The notes under the pieces: model-generated
What the model saw: the letters and a program-made list of their open reading frames with translations, nothing else
What the model was told of the DNA's origin: nothing
Databases searched by the model: none
Shown: positions 38,313 through 47,815 of the stretch, in pieces
Position numbering within the stretch: the stretch's first letter is position 1
Layout of the letters: each line of letters begins with the position of its first letter
Program-made: the position numbers and the translations under genes
Assembly (NCBI GenBank): GCA_041489255.1
Contig: JBGPQV010000005.1
Coordinates: 32,001 to 96,000 of the forward strand
Length of the DNA: 64,000 bases
Reading direction: 5' to 3'
Source of the DNA: Thermoplasmata archaeon
GTDB taxonomy: Archaea > Thermoplasmatota > Thermoplasmata > RBG-16-68-12 > JAFNFQ01

Positions 38313-40300
38313 AATGCCTCCTCCACTAACTCTATTAGGTCCTTGATATGGAGGGTATTCTCCAATCCAGCGGCTTTCACCGCGTCCGTAAACATCACAT
38401 AGTCTTTGGGGCAAGCCACAATAAGTGTGTTCACACCCGGGAGGCCTGCCGCTTCCTTGACTCTTATCTCAGCCGGTCGCTCCTTTTCACCAGGGATTTC
38501 TTCCATCCAGATTCTCCCGCCACCGGCACCGCAGCAGAAGCTCTTCGTCTTGTTTCGGGGCATCTCCACCAAGTCAACACCCAGAGCCTTCAGGACGTTC
38601 CTGGGAGCCTGGTAAATCCCGTTGTAGCGTCCTAGGTAGCACGGGTCGTGGTATGTGACTTTATACCCGAGTTTTCGAGAGAGCTTCAAGCGACCACTTT
38701 GCATGAGTTCATCCAGAAGCTCTGTATAGTGGAGTACTCTCCCCCCGTTGACGCGCGGATATTCGTTCTTCAGAGTGTTGTAGGTATGGGGATCTGTTGT
38801 GACGATGTCATGGAAGTTGCTGCCTTTGATAGTCTCCAGGTTTTCGTCTCGCAGCTTCCCGAAGAGGCCCTCCTCCCCGGCTCTCCGAACGTCATTCCCC
38901 GCATTCCGTTCTCCCTCATACATGATTCCGTAGTCGACGCCCAGCCGTGAAAGCACGTTGGCGGTCTTGACGGATAGTTCCTGGCATCGGGCATCGTAGG
39001 ACGCGTAGTCCCCCACGAACCAGAGCTTGTCCGTCAGCTCTTTTCTCGTATCCTTGATGGGCGGTGTGATTTTCCGGGTCCACTTGGTTCGGGCCTTGGG
39101 GGTGCCCTTGAACGAGTTCCCGTACCGGTCAAGGCTCTCCAAGGCTCTTTGGAGGCCCGCGTCAACATTGCCCTTCGACACAAGGTGTCGCCGCATCTCC
39201 AGGATCTTGGAAAGATGATCGTTGAACACGGGGCAACCGTCAACACAGGACAGGCAGGTCATGCACGCCCACGTGGCTTCGGGGCTCTGGACTGAGATGA
39301 ACAAGTCTTGGGCAACCGGCACGCCGCCGTCCGCGGGCAACCTTGTCGGCTCTGCCAATGGCCCGGCTTTCCCGAGTGATGCGTCTCTCAACCGAGTCAT
39401 AAGGTGCATGGGATCTAGGGAGGTGCCGCTGATGTTGGAGGGGCAATTGTCCGTGCACCGACCGCACTCCGTGCAAGCGAAGCCGTTCAGGAGGGAAATC
39501 CATGATAGATCGAAGACCGACCGGGCTCCTGGAGAGTCGGCCTTTTCGGGCGGCACAGGGCTCATTGTCCCTAGCGGTTCGGGCCTCCTGAAGAAGATGT
39601 TGAGAACCGCGAAGATGAGGTGGGAGTGTTTTGTGTACGGGAACCAAGCCAAGAACACGAAGAGGGCCGCCAAATGGAGCCACCGCATCGAGAACTCCAG
39701 TCCCGGAGCATTCCCTGCAAGACCCGTCCAGTTCAGGCCGCTAGCTATGAAGGAACTCACGGGCCTCCATGACCCCAATGCAGTTGCCTCGTCCTCGATG
39801 ATCTTGGCCGAGTTGAGGAACAGGAAGGAGACTAGGATGGTCAGGATGAAAAGGAGCATCACGATGGCCGCGCGGTTGCCCTCATGCATCAATCGTTTTG
39901 GCTTAGAGATGGTGCGGCGATATATGGCCATACCCACGCCGACGATGCCCAGGGCCGACACCAAGTCTTGTCCCAAATACAGCGGACCGTTGAGAGGTCC
40001 GAATGGTAGCACGTAGCCCTCTATGTATCCCTCGGCGACTATCTCCGCCACGCTGAAGAAGAGAAACACGAAGGCCCAGAAGATGAAGGCATGAAGAAAC
40101 CCAGAGGACTTCTCCCTGTACACCTTCCGCTGGAAGATGCCATACACAATGACATTCCATATCCTCTGCCCTAGGTGGTCTGTCCATTTCTCTTTGGTTC
40201 CCTTCCTTACGGCGCGAATGATCTGGTACAGCCTGAAGAAGAAGAAGGCAAGACTGGCGCCTATCAGTGCAGTGAGTACGATTTGCCCCTCTAGATTCAT
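38309..40300 (-). CDS. membrane Fe-S oxidoreductase (NarI-like cytochrome b + 2x[4Fe-4S] + CCG; HdrF/FadF/EMO-like)
   Basis: N-terminal TMs with FLHAFIFW, WLHLA and KHSH; CTECGRC, CMTCLSC; YHDPCYLGR, SFCCGAGGG. Confidence 0.9.
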   Translation of the reverse strand: MNLEGQIVLTALIGASLAFFFFRLYQIIRAVRKGTKEKWTDHLGQRIWNVIVYGIFQRKVYREKSSGFLHAFIFWAFVFLFFSVAEIVAEGYIEGYVLPFGPLNGPLYLGQDLVSALGIVGVGMAIYRRTISKPKRLMHEGNRAAIVMLLFILTILVSFLFLNSAKIIEDEATALGSWRPVSSFIASGLNWTGLAGNAPGLEFSMRWLHLAALFVFLAWFPYTKHSHLIFAVLNIFFRRPEPLGTMSPVPPEKADSPGARSVFDLSWISLLNGFACTECGRCTDNCPSNISGTSLDPMHLMTRLRDASLGKAGPLAEPTRLPADGGVPVAQDLFISVQSPEATWACMTCLSCVDGCPVFNDHLSKILEMRRHLVSKGNVDAGLQRALESLDRYGNSFKGTPKARTKWTRKITPPIKDTRKELTDKLWFVGDYASYDARCQELSVKTANVLSRLGVDYGIMYEGERNAGNDVRRAGEEGLFGKLRDENLETIKGSNFHDIVTTDPHTYNTLKNEYPRVNGGRVLHYTELLDELMQSGRLKLSRKLGYKVTYHDPCYLGRYNGIYQAPRNVLKALGVDLVEMPRNKTKSFCCGAGGGRIWMEEIPGEKERPAEIRVKEAAGLPGVNTLIVACPKDYVMFTDAVKAAGLENTLHIKDLIELVEEAL

Positions 40301-41283
40301 GCCCCACCTTTAGATTCCTTGATCTTCTCCGTGAGAACTGGAACCAAGTCCTGGACGTCCAGCGTCGTACCATAGTGGGCGACCTCAAAGATGGGGGCAT
40401 CCGGATCGGTGTTGACAGCGACTATCAGCTCCGAGTCCTTCATGCCCTCGACATGCTCAGGGGCGCCACTGATTCCCAAGGCCAGGTAGAGGCGCGGCTT
40501 CACGATTGCGCCAGACCTACCCACCTGTCGCGTTCTGGGAAGCCATCCTTGGTCTACCACAGGCCTCGTGCCGCACACGGCACCACCTAGGAGTTCGGCC
40601 AGTTCGGTCAGGGCCTTCACGTTATCAGCTCCCTGAACTCCGCGCCCAGCGCCAACAAGAACGGGGACTTTCGTCAGATCGACGTCTGCTGCATCAGGTT
40701 CGACAAGTTCCCGGAACTGGATTCGAAGGCCAGTCAAAGGCACAGGGGAGTCCCGAATCTCAACCTCTGGGACCACATTCTTCGTACCTCCTTCCTTAGG
40801 GTAGCTTCCAGACATCAGGACGCAGAGAACCATCCCCTGCTCCACTTCGCTTCGAGCTGTGAGCTTGCCGCCGTACAGCTTGCTTGTGACCAGCACCTTA
40901 CCACCGTCGAGTTCAATTCGTGTACAGTTGCCAACTGTGGTGGCACCCAAGGCGACGGAGAGGGATCCTGCGAGATCCATCCCTATGCTCGTGCTCCCCA
41001 TGAGAACGAGTCTCGGAGACAAATCCTTCAGCAGGTGGCTCAGCACCTTGGTGTAGGCCTCCGGGTTGAACGCGCCCAAAATCGGATCCTTCACAATGAT
41101 TGTTTTGTTCGAAGCGAATGGCAACGCTTTGAATGGTCCAGGGTCGCTCGTCAGGACTACGCAGATTAACCCGGACCCGGAAGCATCAGCAAGCTCCCGG
41201 CCGCAGGCCAACATCTCCAAAGTGATGTCCGCCAACTCGCCTCTTAGGTGCTCCGCCACGACTACGATGCCGCCGGGACTCAT
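40297..41283 (-). CDS. etfA: electron transfer flavoprotein alpha (copy 1)
   Basis: TRPVVDQGW, QVGRSG, GISGAPEH, VNTDPDAPIF. Confidence 0.95.
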   Translation of the reverse strand: MSPGGIVVVAEHLRGELADITLEMLACGRELADASGSGLICVVLTSDPGPFKALPFASNKTIIVKDPILGAFNPEAYTKVLSHLLKDLSPRLVLMGSTSIGMDLAGSLSVALGATTVGNCTRIELDGGKVLVTSKLYGGKLTARSEVEQGMVLCVLMSGSYPKEGGTKNVVPEVEIRDSPVPLTGLRIQFRELVEPDAADVDLTKVPVLVGAGRGVQGADNVKALTELAELLGGAVCGTRPVVDQGWLPRTRQVGRSGAIVKPRLYLALGISGAPEHVEGMKDSELIVAVNTDPDAPIFEVAHYGTTLDVQDLVPVLTEKIKESKGGA

Positions 41284-42047
41284 AGCAGTCCACGCTCCTT
41301 CAAGAGACCGGCAATCCCGGCTGCGACCTTCGCCTCATCGCCTTCTAGCATCTTTGCCCTGGCACCAGCCTCAGGCTTCTGCAGCTGGGTGATGTGGACT
41401 CCCGCCACACCTGGCACGGGCGTCTTCAATTCCTTGACTTGCAGCGTCTTCTTGGCCTGCATCACCTTGCTCACGGGCACGTATCTGGGCGGTTGCTCTG
41501 AAGACTGTATTCCTAGGACAGCAGGAGAAGTGACGTCCATCACACCGATGCGACCGCCGGGGTACTCCTTCTTGACTGTGGCTTTCCCGCCACCGGGAGG
41601 CATGTCGACGCCCACAAGGCCACCCACATATGGCATTGAGAGGTGGGAGGCCAGAAGGCCACCGAGGCTACCATCCACCTGATCGGCCGCCTGCATACCG
41701 GAGAGGATGAGGTCGAATCCCCCATCTCGCAGAAGGGAGGCCAGGTGCATGGCCAGCTTGTGGTTGTCTCCGCGGTCCTTGAATTCCAATGGGACGTAGA
41801 CGGCTTCATCGGCTCCCTTGGCCACAGACGTGGCCAGAGCGTCCCGCGCCTCGCTCCCTCCGATGCCGTAGGCGGCAACATGGGCGCCATGACGCCCCTT
41901 CAGGATGAGGGCCTGCTCCAGAGCGTGATCATCCAGCTCGTTTGTGATGTACATCACATCGTCTTCGGACAGGCTCCGTCCATCCTCGGCTATCACGAGC
42001 TCTTCCACCACGTCTGGAACCTGGCGGATGATTACCGCCACCTTCAT
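41280..42047 (-). CDS. etfB: electron transfer flavoprotein beta (copy 1)
   Basis: RQVPD, NELDDHALEQAL, GMQAAD, PPRY. Confidence 0.95.
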   Translation of the reverse strand: MKVAVIIRQVPDVVEELVIAEDGRSLSEDDVMYITNELDDHALEQALILKGRHGAHVAAYGIGGSEARDALATSVAKGADEAVYVPLEFKDRGDNHKLAMHLASLLRDGGFDLILSGMQAADQVDGSLGGLLASHLSMPYVGGLVGVDMPPGGGKATVKKEYPGGRIGVMDVTSPAVLGIQSSEQPPRYVPVSKVMQAKKTLQVKELKTPVPGVAGVHITQLQKPEAGARAKMLEGDEAKVAAGIAGLLKERGLL

Positions 42048-42050
42048 TCC

Positions 42051-43286
42051 CTACACGCCCCCTACGAGGCCCAAGGCATCGGCAAGCATGTGAGAAATCT
42101 CCCTCACTTGCAGACGACCCTCGAGACCGGAACTCTTTATGGCATCTTCGAAGCGTGGAATCTCCAAAGGACAGGAGACGGCAAGAATGTCAGCTCCGGT
42201 CCTTGCCGCTTCTTGGACTCTCTGGATCGGGAGGGGCACCCTCGTGCGCTCCCAGATGAAGCTGTCGAGCCACATGGCTCCTCCACCGCCACCGCAACAG
42301 AGTGCGTTCTCCTTGTTCCTCGGCATCTCCAGTATCTTGACACCTGGAATAGTCTCAAGGAGACTCCTAGGTGCCTCGTATATCTCGTTCTTGCGACCGA
42401 GGCAACAAGAATCATGGTAGGTGACTTTTGCATCGATCTTCTTTTTCAGAAGCTTGGTCAGCTGCGGAATTCTCTCCTCCAGGAACTGTGTGTAGTGGTT
42501 TATGTGGTAGGCAGTCCCCATGCGAGCGTACTCCTGGGAGAGTGCATTGTAGGCGTGGGGGTCGCCTACCAGGACTTCATTGAAACTCCTGCCGGCGAGT
42601 TGCAGGGAATTGTGTTCATAAAGCAGGTTGAACAACCCCTCTTCTCCCACAGCAGTGCAGCGCAGATCTCCAGCGCACCATTCGTCAGAACCCATGATCC
42701 CGAAGTCTACATCGAGGACATTCAGCAGCTTGGCGAGAGCTATCGTATCTTTGAGGTTCGCCTTATTGTATGAGGGAAAGCATCCGACGTGCCAGAGGAC
42801 ATCTGCCGAATCTCCTTCTTTGAGGACTCGCACCTTCACTCCGGCCTCTTTGATCCATGCGTCCCTCTTCTTTGGGGACTCCCCGAAGGGATTGCCGTAT
42901 CTGGCGGTCCTTTCGAAAGCGGTTTGCAGCTCCTTGGGAACTCCGACACCTGTCATCAGCAGCTCCTCTCGCAGGGAAGGTATTAGCCTCTCAGCCAAGG
43001 GGATGCCGCTGGGGCATCGATAGCTGCAGTTGAAGCACGTGACGCATAGCCAGATGCTGTCGCTTCGGAACAGGTCATCAAGACGCCCTGCGCGCAGCGC
43101 CGCTATTATTCGCCGCGGCGGGTAGTCCATTGCATAACCATGCGGGCAGACACCAGCACACATGCCGCACTGGATGCAGTCTCGTACCTTCATGCCGTCC
43201 GGAAGTTTCTCCAGGCGATTCATGAAGGCCTGGGTTACGCTCAATTCAGGGATCGCGGACACTTCATTCGGAACGGTGCTAGACAC
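42051..43286 (-). CDS. soluble HdrC/HdrB-type fusion (HdrD-like) Fe-S CCG protein
   Basis: CIQCGMCAGVCP, CVTCFNCSYRCP, YHDSCCLGR, ALCCGGGGG; SD AAGGAGG + GTG. Confidence 0.9.
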   Translation of the reverse strand: MSSTVPNEVSAIPELSVTQAFMNRLEKLPDGMKVRDCIQCGMCAGVCPHGYAMDYPPRRIIAALRAGRLDDLFRSDSIWLCVTCFNCSYRCPSGIPLAERLIPSLREELLMTGVGVPKELQTAFERTARYGNPFGESPKKRDAWIKEAGVKVRVLKEGDSADVLWHVGCFPSYNKANLKDTIALAKLLNVLDVDFGIMGSDEWCAGDLRCTAVGEEGLFNLLYEHNSLQLAGRSFNEVLVGDPHAYNALSQEYARMGTAYHINHYTQFLEERIPQLTKLLKKKIDAKVTYHDSCCLGRKNEIYEAPRSLLETIPGVKILEMPRNKENALCCGGGGGAMWLDSFIWERTRVPLPIQRVQEAARTGADILAVSCPLEIPRFEDAIKSSGLEGRLQVREISHMLADALGLVGGV

Positions 43287-43980
43287 GTCGAACTACCTCC
43301 TTCAGAGTAGGGCTCTCCAACACAACCCAGTTCACAAGACTCGCACAAGTCTCTTCGTCGGCTCTGGTCATCTCGACTATGTTCACTGCAAAGCCTCCCG
43401 CGGACGGGTGTTATGACGAACGAGAATCGCGAAGGTTGATGATTGGTATCTTCTTATTCCATATATACACAGGAATGTCTAAAGCCGTCCTATATATAGC
43501 TAATATGAATATGCGCGAATGGATAATGATTATCGAAGAAGTCAGTCCGCAGCAAGTTAGCGATAGCTCTGTAACCGTATCGACCATCAAGGAAGATACT
43601 GGAAGCACAGAAGAGGAGATTGAATGGAGCGCCCCATCTCATACTTGCTCTCCATGAACGACTTGGCAGCAGGTCGCCAAGGCCAGTGAGTTCGATTCGC
43701 GTTTCTTGTGGCGTCATCGGCTGCAATCGAGATTGATTCATCGACGACAAGATGATGTTTCGCGGCCCGGAGAGGGATCTTAGGCGAGAAGTGTTCGCCG
43801 CTGTCGTGCGAACTCATGGGCCGACCGACTAGGTCTTTAGTGATTGCCAAGGCGATTCCGAACCGAATGGCGCATACAGTATATTCGGCATGCTCTCAGA
43901 TAAGAGGCAGATATCTATCGGCAAAAAAAAACGCTCGCAAACAAGCTCTCCACGACTCCAAGTGAAAGGAGGCTCACACA

Positions 43981-44262
43981 ATGCCCTTCACGGAGCTAGA
44001 TATCGCCCTGAATCTGGTTGCAACCGTTGTGACTGTGGCTTTTAACGCACTTGCCATGCAATAGAAGAACTTGACGCGGGCGGTCTTCTCCTTCGCAGTT
44101 GCCAGTGCGTCCCTCGCGACGTTGTTTTTCCTTCTTGCTTCACCGTTTGCCGCCGTGCTCGAACTCACCGTGGGTGCCGGGCTCATAGTTGTCTTGTTCT
44201 TGGTGGCTCTCACTCTGTCGATGGGAGAAGAGAAAGAGGTTGCCGAAGGAGGCGAGACATGA
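43981..44262 (+). pseudogene. paralog of 48714 (NuoJ-N/MbhD-like) with in-frame TAG at 44062
   Basis: MPFTELDIALNLV...AMQ*KNLTRAVFSFAV aligns with MALTEIDLVLNVV...AVQQKDLMRAVFSFAV (CAG->TAG). Confidence 0.85.
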
Positions 44263-44501
44263 GATCGGCCAAGACGGTTGCCGCAGGAATCCTCTCGCTC
44301 CTCGTCGTTGCACTCTTGATTTCTCTTTTCTTGAAGACAACGTTTCACGAGCCCCATGCGACTCCACAGAGCGCGAGTCCTGGCGGGACTCTCTGGGACT
44401 CGCGGAACTTCGAGACGATTCTGCAGGGCCTGCTGATCCTCAGCGGTGTGTTTGCGACACTAATGCTGCTCAGGTCGTCGACGAAGGAGACGAAGCAATG
44501 A
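44259..44501 (+). CDS. paralog of 48992 small hydrogenase membrane subunit (frame intact, in decayed operon)
   Basis: LWDSRNFETILQGLLIL vs LWESRDFETILQGLLIL. Confidence 0.75.
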   Translation: MRSAKTVAAGILSLLVVALLISLFLKTTFHEPHATPQSASPGGTLWDSRNFETILQGLLILSGVFATLMLLRSSTKETKQ

Positions 44502-44548
44502 CAAGCCCAGGAGACCTTGCAGTGGGGGCGGACCTCACCGCCATTGCC
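44498..44548 (+). pseudogene. first ~17 codons of a NuoK/MbhG-like paralog, truncated at the junction
   Basis: MTSPGDLAVGADLTAIA vs MTTPGDLIVAVDFTAIA at 49231. Confidence 0.8.
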
Positions 44549-45063
44549 GCTCCCGCGTCCTGGACGATCCGAGCCGCGTTGTAGAGTAGGAAGGAGACCA
44601 GGGTGGCCAAGATGAAGAGTAGCATAACGATGGCCGCACGGTCCCCTTCGTGCATGAGGCGTTTCGGCTTCGAGACGGTCCGGCGATAGACTGCCATGAG
44701 CACGCCCACTATGCCGAGGGTGGCCACGAGATCCTGCCCGAGGTAGAGAGGTCCATTCAGCGGGCCCAGAGGGAGCGTGTAACCGGGGATGTACCCCGCC
44801 GCGACAATCTCGACGACGCTGAAGAAAAGGAACACGAAGGCCCAGAAGATGAAGGCGCGGAGAATCCCAGCCGGGCGTTCGCGGCAGATCTTCCTCTGGA
44901 AGATCCCATCCAGCACGACGTGTTTGATGAGGACTCCTAGGTGGTCCCACCATTTCTCCGGTATCCCCTTGCTGACGCCCTAGATGATCGTGACGACCCT
45001 CATGAGGACGAAGAGGGCCGAGACGCCGAGGATTCCCGTGAGGGCGATCTGATCGGGGTTCAT
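44549..45063 (-). pseudogene. N-terminal fragment of a second membrane Fe-S oxidoreductase (HdrF-like)
   Basis: Aligns with the first ~170 aa of 38309-40300; in-frame TAG at 44980-44982; FLHAF->ILRAF; truncated near 44550. Confidence 0.88.
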
Positions 45064-46046
45064 TGGCCGCCCTTCGCTTCCTTGATCTTTTCCAACAGGA
45101 TCGGGACGAGCTCGAGCAAGTCCACCGTCGCGCCGTAGTGGGCGATGTCGAAGATGGGTGCCTCTGGGTCCTTGTTCACCGCGATGATGAGCTCCGATCC
45201 GTTCATGCCCTCTGTGTGTTCCGGGGCGCCGCTGACCCCTAGCGCCAGGTAGAGCCGCGGCTTGACAGTCATCCCCGACCGACCGACCTGACGGGTCCTC
45301 GGAAGCCATCCTTGGTCGACGACGGGCCTCGTTGCGCAAAGAGCGCCTCCGAGTTCCCTGGCCAATGCCTCCAACTCGGCGAGGTTGTCCTTGGATTGCA
45401 CGCCTCTGCCTGCGGCGACCAGGAACGGAATCTTCCTCACATCGACGTCTTCCATCTTCGGCTCGATGAGTTCCACAAAGCGAACGGAGAGGGGCTTGAC
45501 GGCCGCCGGAGCCGACCGGATCTCGAAGGGCGGGACCTCGTCCCGCATTCCGAGTTCGCGGTGGAAGCTCCCGGGCATCACGAGCACGATGACCAACCCC
45601 TCCCCTTGCTCGATGCGCGCGACGAGCTTGCCGCCGCATAGCCGGCTCGTGACGACGATTCGGTCTCCTTCCGCGCGGAGCCCCACGCATCCGCTGATGG
45701 CAGGAGCCCCGAGGCCGTAGGAAAGGGGACCCGCGAGGTCGATGCCGATGCTCGTGTTCCCCAGGATTACGAGCCGTGGGGCCAGATCCTTCAGTAAACG
45801 CGGGAGGACGCGCGCATAGGCCGCCGGGTTGGGCGCCCCCAAGCTGGAATCCTTCACGACGAGGACCTTGTCTGCCACGAGCGACAGCCCCTGGAACGGC
45901 TTCGGGTCGTCCGCGAGGATGAGGCACGTGACGTGCCACCCGACGGAGTAGGCAAGCTCGCGAGCACCCGCGAGCATTTCGAGGGTGATGTCGCTGAGCT
46001 CCCCTCCCATATGCTCGGCAACGACGACGATCTCGCGCGGGATCAT
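45060..46046 (-). CDS. etfA: electron transfer flavoprotein alpha (copy 2)
   Basis: Same length (328 aa) and motifs as copy 1. Confidence 0.93.
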   Translation of the reverse strand: MIPREIVVVAEHMGGELSDITLEMLAGARELAYSVGWHVTCLILADDPKPFQGLSLVADKVLVVKDSSLGAPNPAAYARVLPRLLKDLAPRLVILGNTSIGIDLAGPLSYGLGAPAISGCVGLRAEGDRIVVTSRLCGGKLVARIEQGEGLVIVLVMPGSFHRELGMRDEVPPFEIRSAPAAVKPLSVRFVELIEPKMEDVDVRKIPFLVAAGRGVQSKDNLAELEALARELGGALCATRPVVDQGWLPRTRQVGRSGMTVKPRLYLALGVSGAPEHTEGMNGSELIIAVNKDPEAPIFDIAHYGATVDLLELVPILLEKIKEAKGGQ

Positions 46047-46810
46047 GCGATACCACGCTCCCGGAGGATGCGGACCAGCTGCTCCGCGACATGCTTCGCG
46101 TCACCAGGGAGCATCTCGGCCCGGGCCGCCGCGCTCGACTTGGTCAGCTTCGCCGCCCGCATCCCCCCAACCACCTGGGGGGGCTCCGCCAGCTCTATGA
46201 CCTGGAGCGTGCGCTTCGCTTGCACGACCCGGCTCACCGGGACGTACCGGGGAGGCTGCTCGGCCGACTGGATGCCGAACACGGCGGGAAGGGAGACCTC
46301 CATCACTCCGAGGCGGCTCCCGGGGAACTCCTTGCGGACGGTTCCCTTGGTCCCGTCCGGCTCGAGGGAAACCGACATCACGCCGCCCACGTACGGAACG
46401 GAGAGGTGCATCGCGAGGAGACCGGGCAAGCCGGCGTCCACCTGGTCCGCGGCCCAGACTCCGGTTAGGATTAGGCTGTACCCCGCCGACTTCATCGCCG
46501 GGCTGAGGACCGAAGCGAGCCGCACATTGTCGCCCCGATGCTCAGATGGGATGGGGACCAGGATGGCCTCGTCCGCCCCCTTTGCCGTTGCGGTCGCCAA
46601 GGCATCCTTCGCGTCGTCTCCGCCCACGGCCACCGCGGTGACCCTTGCCGCGTGGCGGGCTTTCAGGATGAGAGCCTCTTCCAAGGCGTGCTCGTCCCCC
46701 TCATTCGTGATGTGCATGACTTCGTCTTCCGCGAGGCTCCTTCCGTCCTCGGCGATCACAAGTTCCTCGACGACGTCGGGAACCTGTCGGAGGATGACCG
46801 CAATCTTCAT
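46043..46810 (-). CDS. etfB: electron transfer flavoprotein beta (copy 2)
   Basis: MKIAVILRQVPDVVEEL; true start ATG 46810 (ORF-track extension to 47317 is spurious). Confidence 0.93.
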   Translation of the reverse strand: MKIAVILRQVPDVVEELVIAEDGRSLAEDEVMHITNEGDEHALEEALILKARHAARVTAVAVGGDDAKDALATATAKGADEAILVPIPSEHRGDNVRLASVLSPAMKSAGYSLILTGVWAADQVDAGLPGLLAMHLSVPYVGGVMSVSLEPDGTKGTVRKEFPGSRLGVMEVSLPAVFGIQSAEQPPRYVPVSRVVQAKRTLQVIELAEPPQVVGGMRAAKLTKSSAAARAEMLPGDAKHVAEQLVRILRERGIA

Positions 46811-46998
46811 GGGTTGAACCCCCCAACGAGTCCCATTGCCTCCGCCACCATGTGAGAGATTTCCCGGACTTGAAGGCGGCCCTCGAGGCCCGATGTCTTG
46901 ACCATCGGAAGCTTGAGCATCCGACGCATGAATTCCTCCATGGCGCCGCCCCCCGTCCCCCGCTCTTCGAAGTTCACAAGCAACGATTCCGCAGACAC
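46807..46998 (-). pseudogene. HdrD-like paralog with a large in-frame internal deletion
   Basis: FMRRMLKLP (cf. N-terminal FMNRLEKLP) fused to KTSGLEGRLQVREISHM...GLVGG (cf. C-terminus of 42051-43286). Confidence 0.85.
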
Positions 46999-47417
46999 GA
47001 CTCATCACTCTCCAAGTACATGCGAGGAAGAGAACTGGAGTGCCTCCGCGCCCAGCGAACCGGCGATGCCGGGAAGCGTTCGACCACAGGACAACGAGGC
47101 TCAGGTCGGGCTCTGCACTCGAGCTGGCCGGGGTGACACGCGCCAGACCGCTGGTCCCCAACACCGCGAACGACGGACTCCCACGCGGCTCGAAACGGGC
47201 GAGGCCCTGTGAAGGGCTGCATAAGTCCCATAATCCCGATTGCCCGCGGTGGATCCGCGGACACTCCCTCTGCTCGGCGCATGTGACGCGGTGACGTTTC
47301 AAAGACCTATTGAGCATCTTCTATGTGTTCTCGGTCGAAGAATATACCATCGCGTCCCCTCGCAAGGGAATATACGGGACGCCTTCGGGCGCTTGGAGAG
47401 GGAGTACACTCCGAGTC

Positions 47418-47609
47418 ATGCGCGTGGCTGACGAAGCATGCACGTACAAAACAATACGACAAGGGCCCTTGAATTTCGTCATCTCGGCTGCATGTGGGGC
47501 GGAACGCGCGCGACCCCAAGTTTTATGCACGTTCATCGAGGAAAACAACGGCACGGATTCCCCCCTCATCCACCTTGACACGCTCGAGGAAGGCATGCCC
47601 CTCTGGTGA
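47418..47609 (+). CDS. small hypothetical protein
   Basis: ATG after a GGAG-rich SD; 63 aa; no recognisable motif. Confidence 0.3.
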   Translation: MRVADEACTYKTIRQGPLNFVISAACGAERARPQVLCTFIEENNGTDSPLIHLDTLEEGMPLW

Positions 47610-47815
47610 CCACACCGGGTGAGGCAGCGCATTCGAGGTCAATCCGACCAGGCGCAAGATGCGGCCTCCTGGAATCCGCCGAATCGTGACGGGAGAGGTC
47701 GGACTCGCTGCCCACGGACCGAGGGCAGCCACTAACGACATGCACGTTCAGATGCAGCGTCATCTCTTTATAGCCCTTCGGCGGTCTCGGGCCGGGGTTT
47801 TGTATTCGCGCGTTT

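Noticed and set aside
43981-45063. Two in-frame TAG codons (44062, 44980) as pyrrolysine or amber read-through sites
   Set aside because: Both lie in the decayed duplicate next to a truncation, hdrF also lost a conserved His, TAG is a normal stop for many genes here, and no pyl genes are in the window
46811-47317. N-terminal extension of etfB2 (424-aa ORF)
   Set aside because: The paralog starts at the equivalent of 46810, and the extension overlaps the hdrD remnant in another frame
47000-47420. RNase P or SRP RNA
   Set aside because: Conserved GAGGAAAGTCC and SRP helix-8 motifs were not found on either strand
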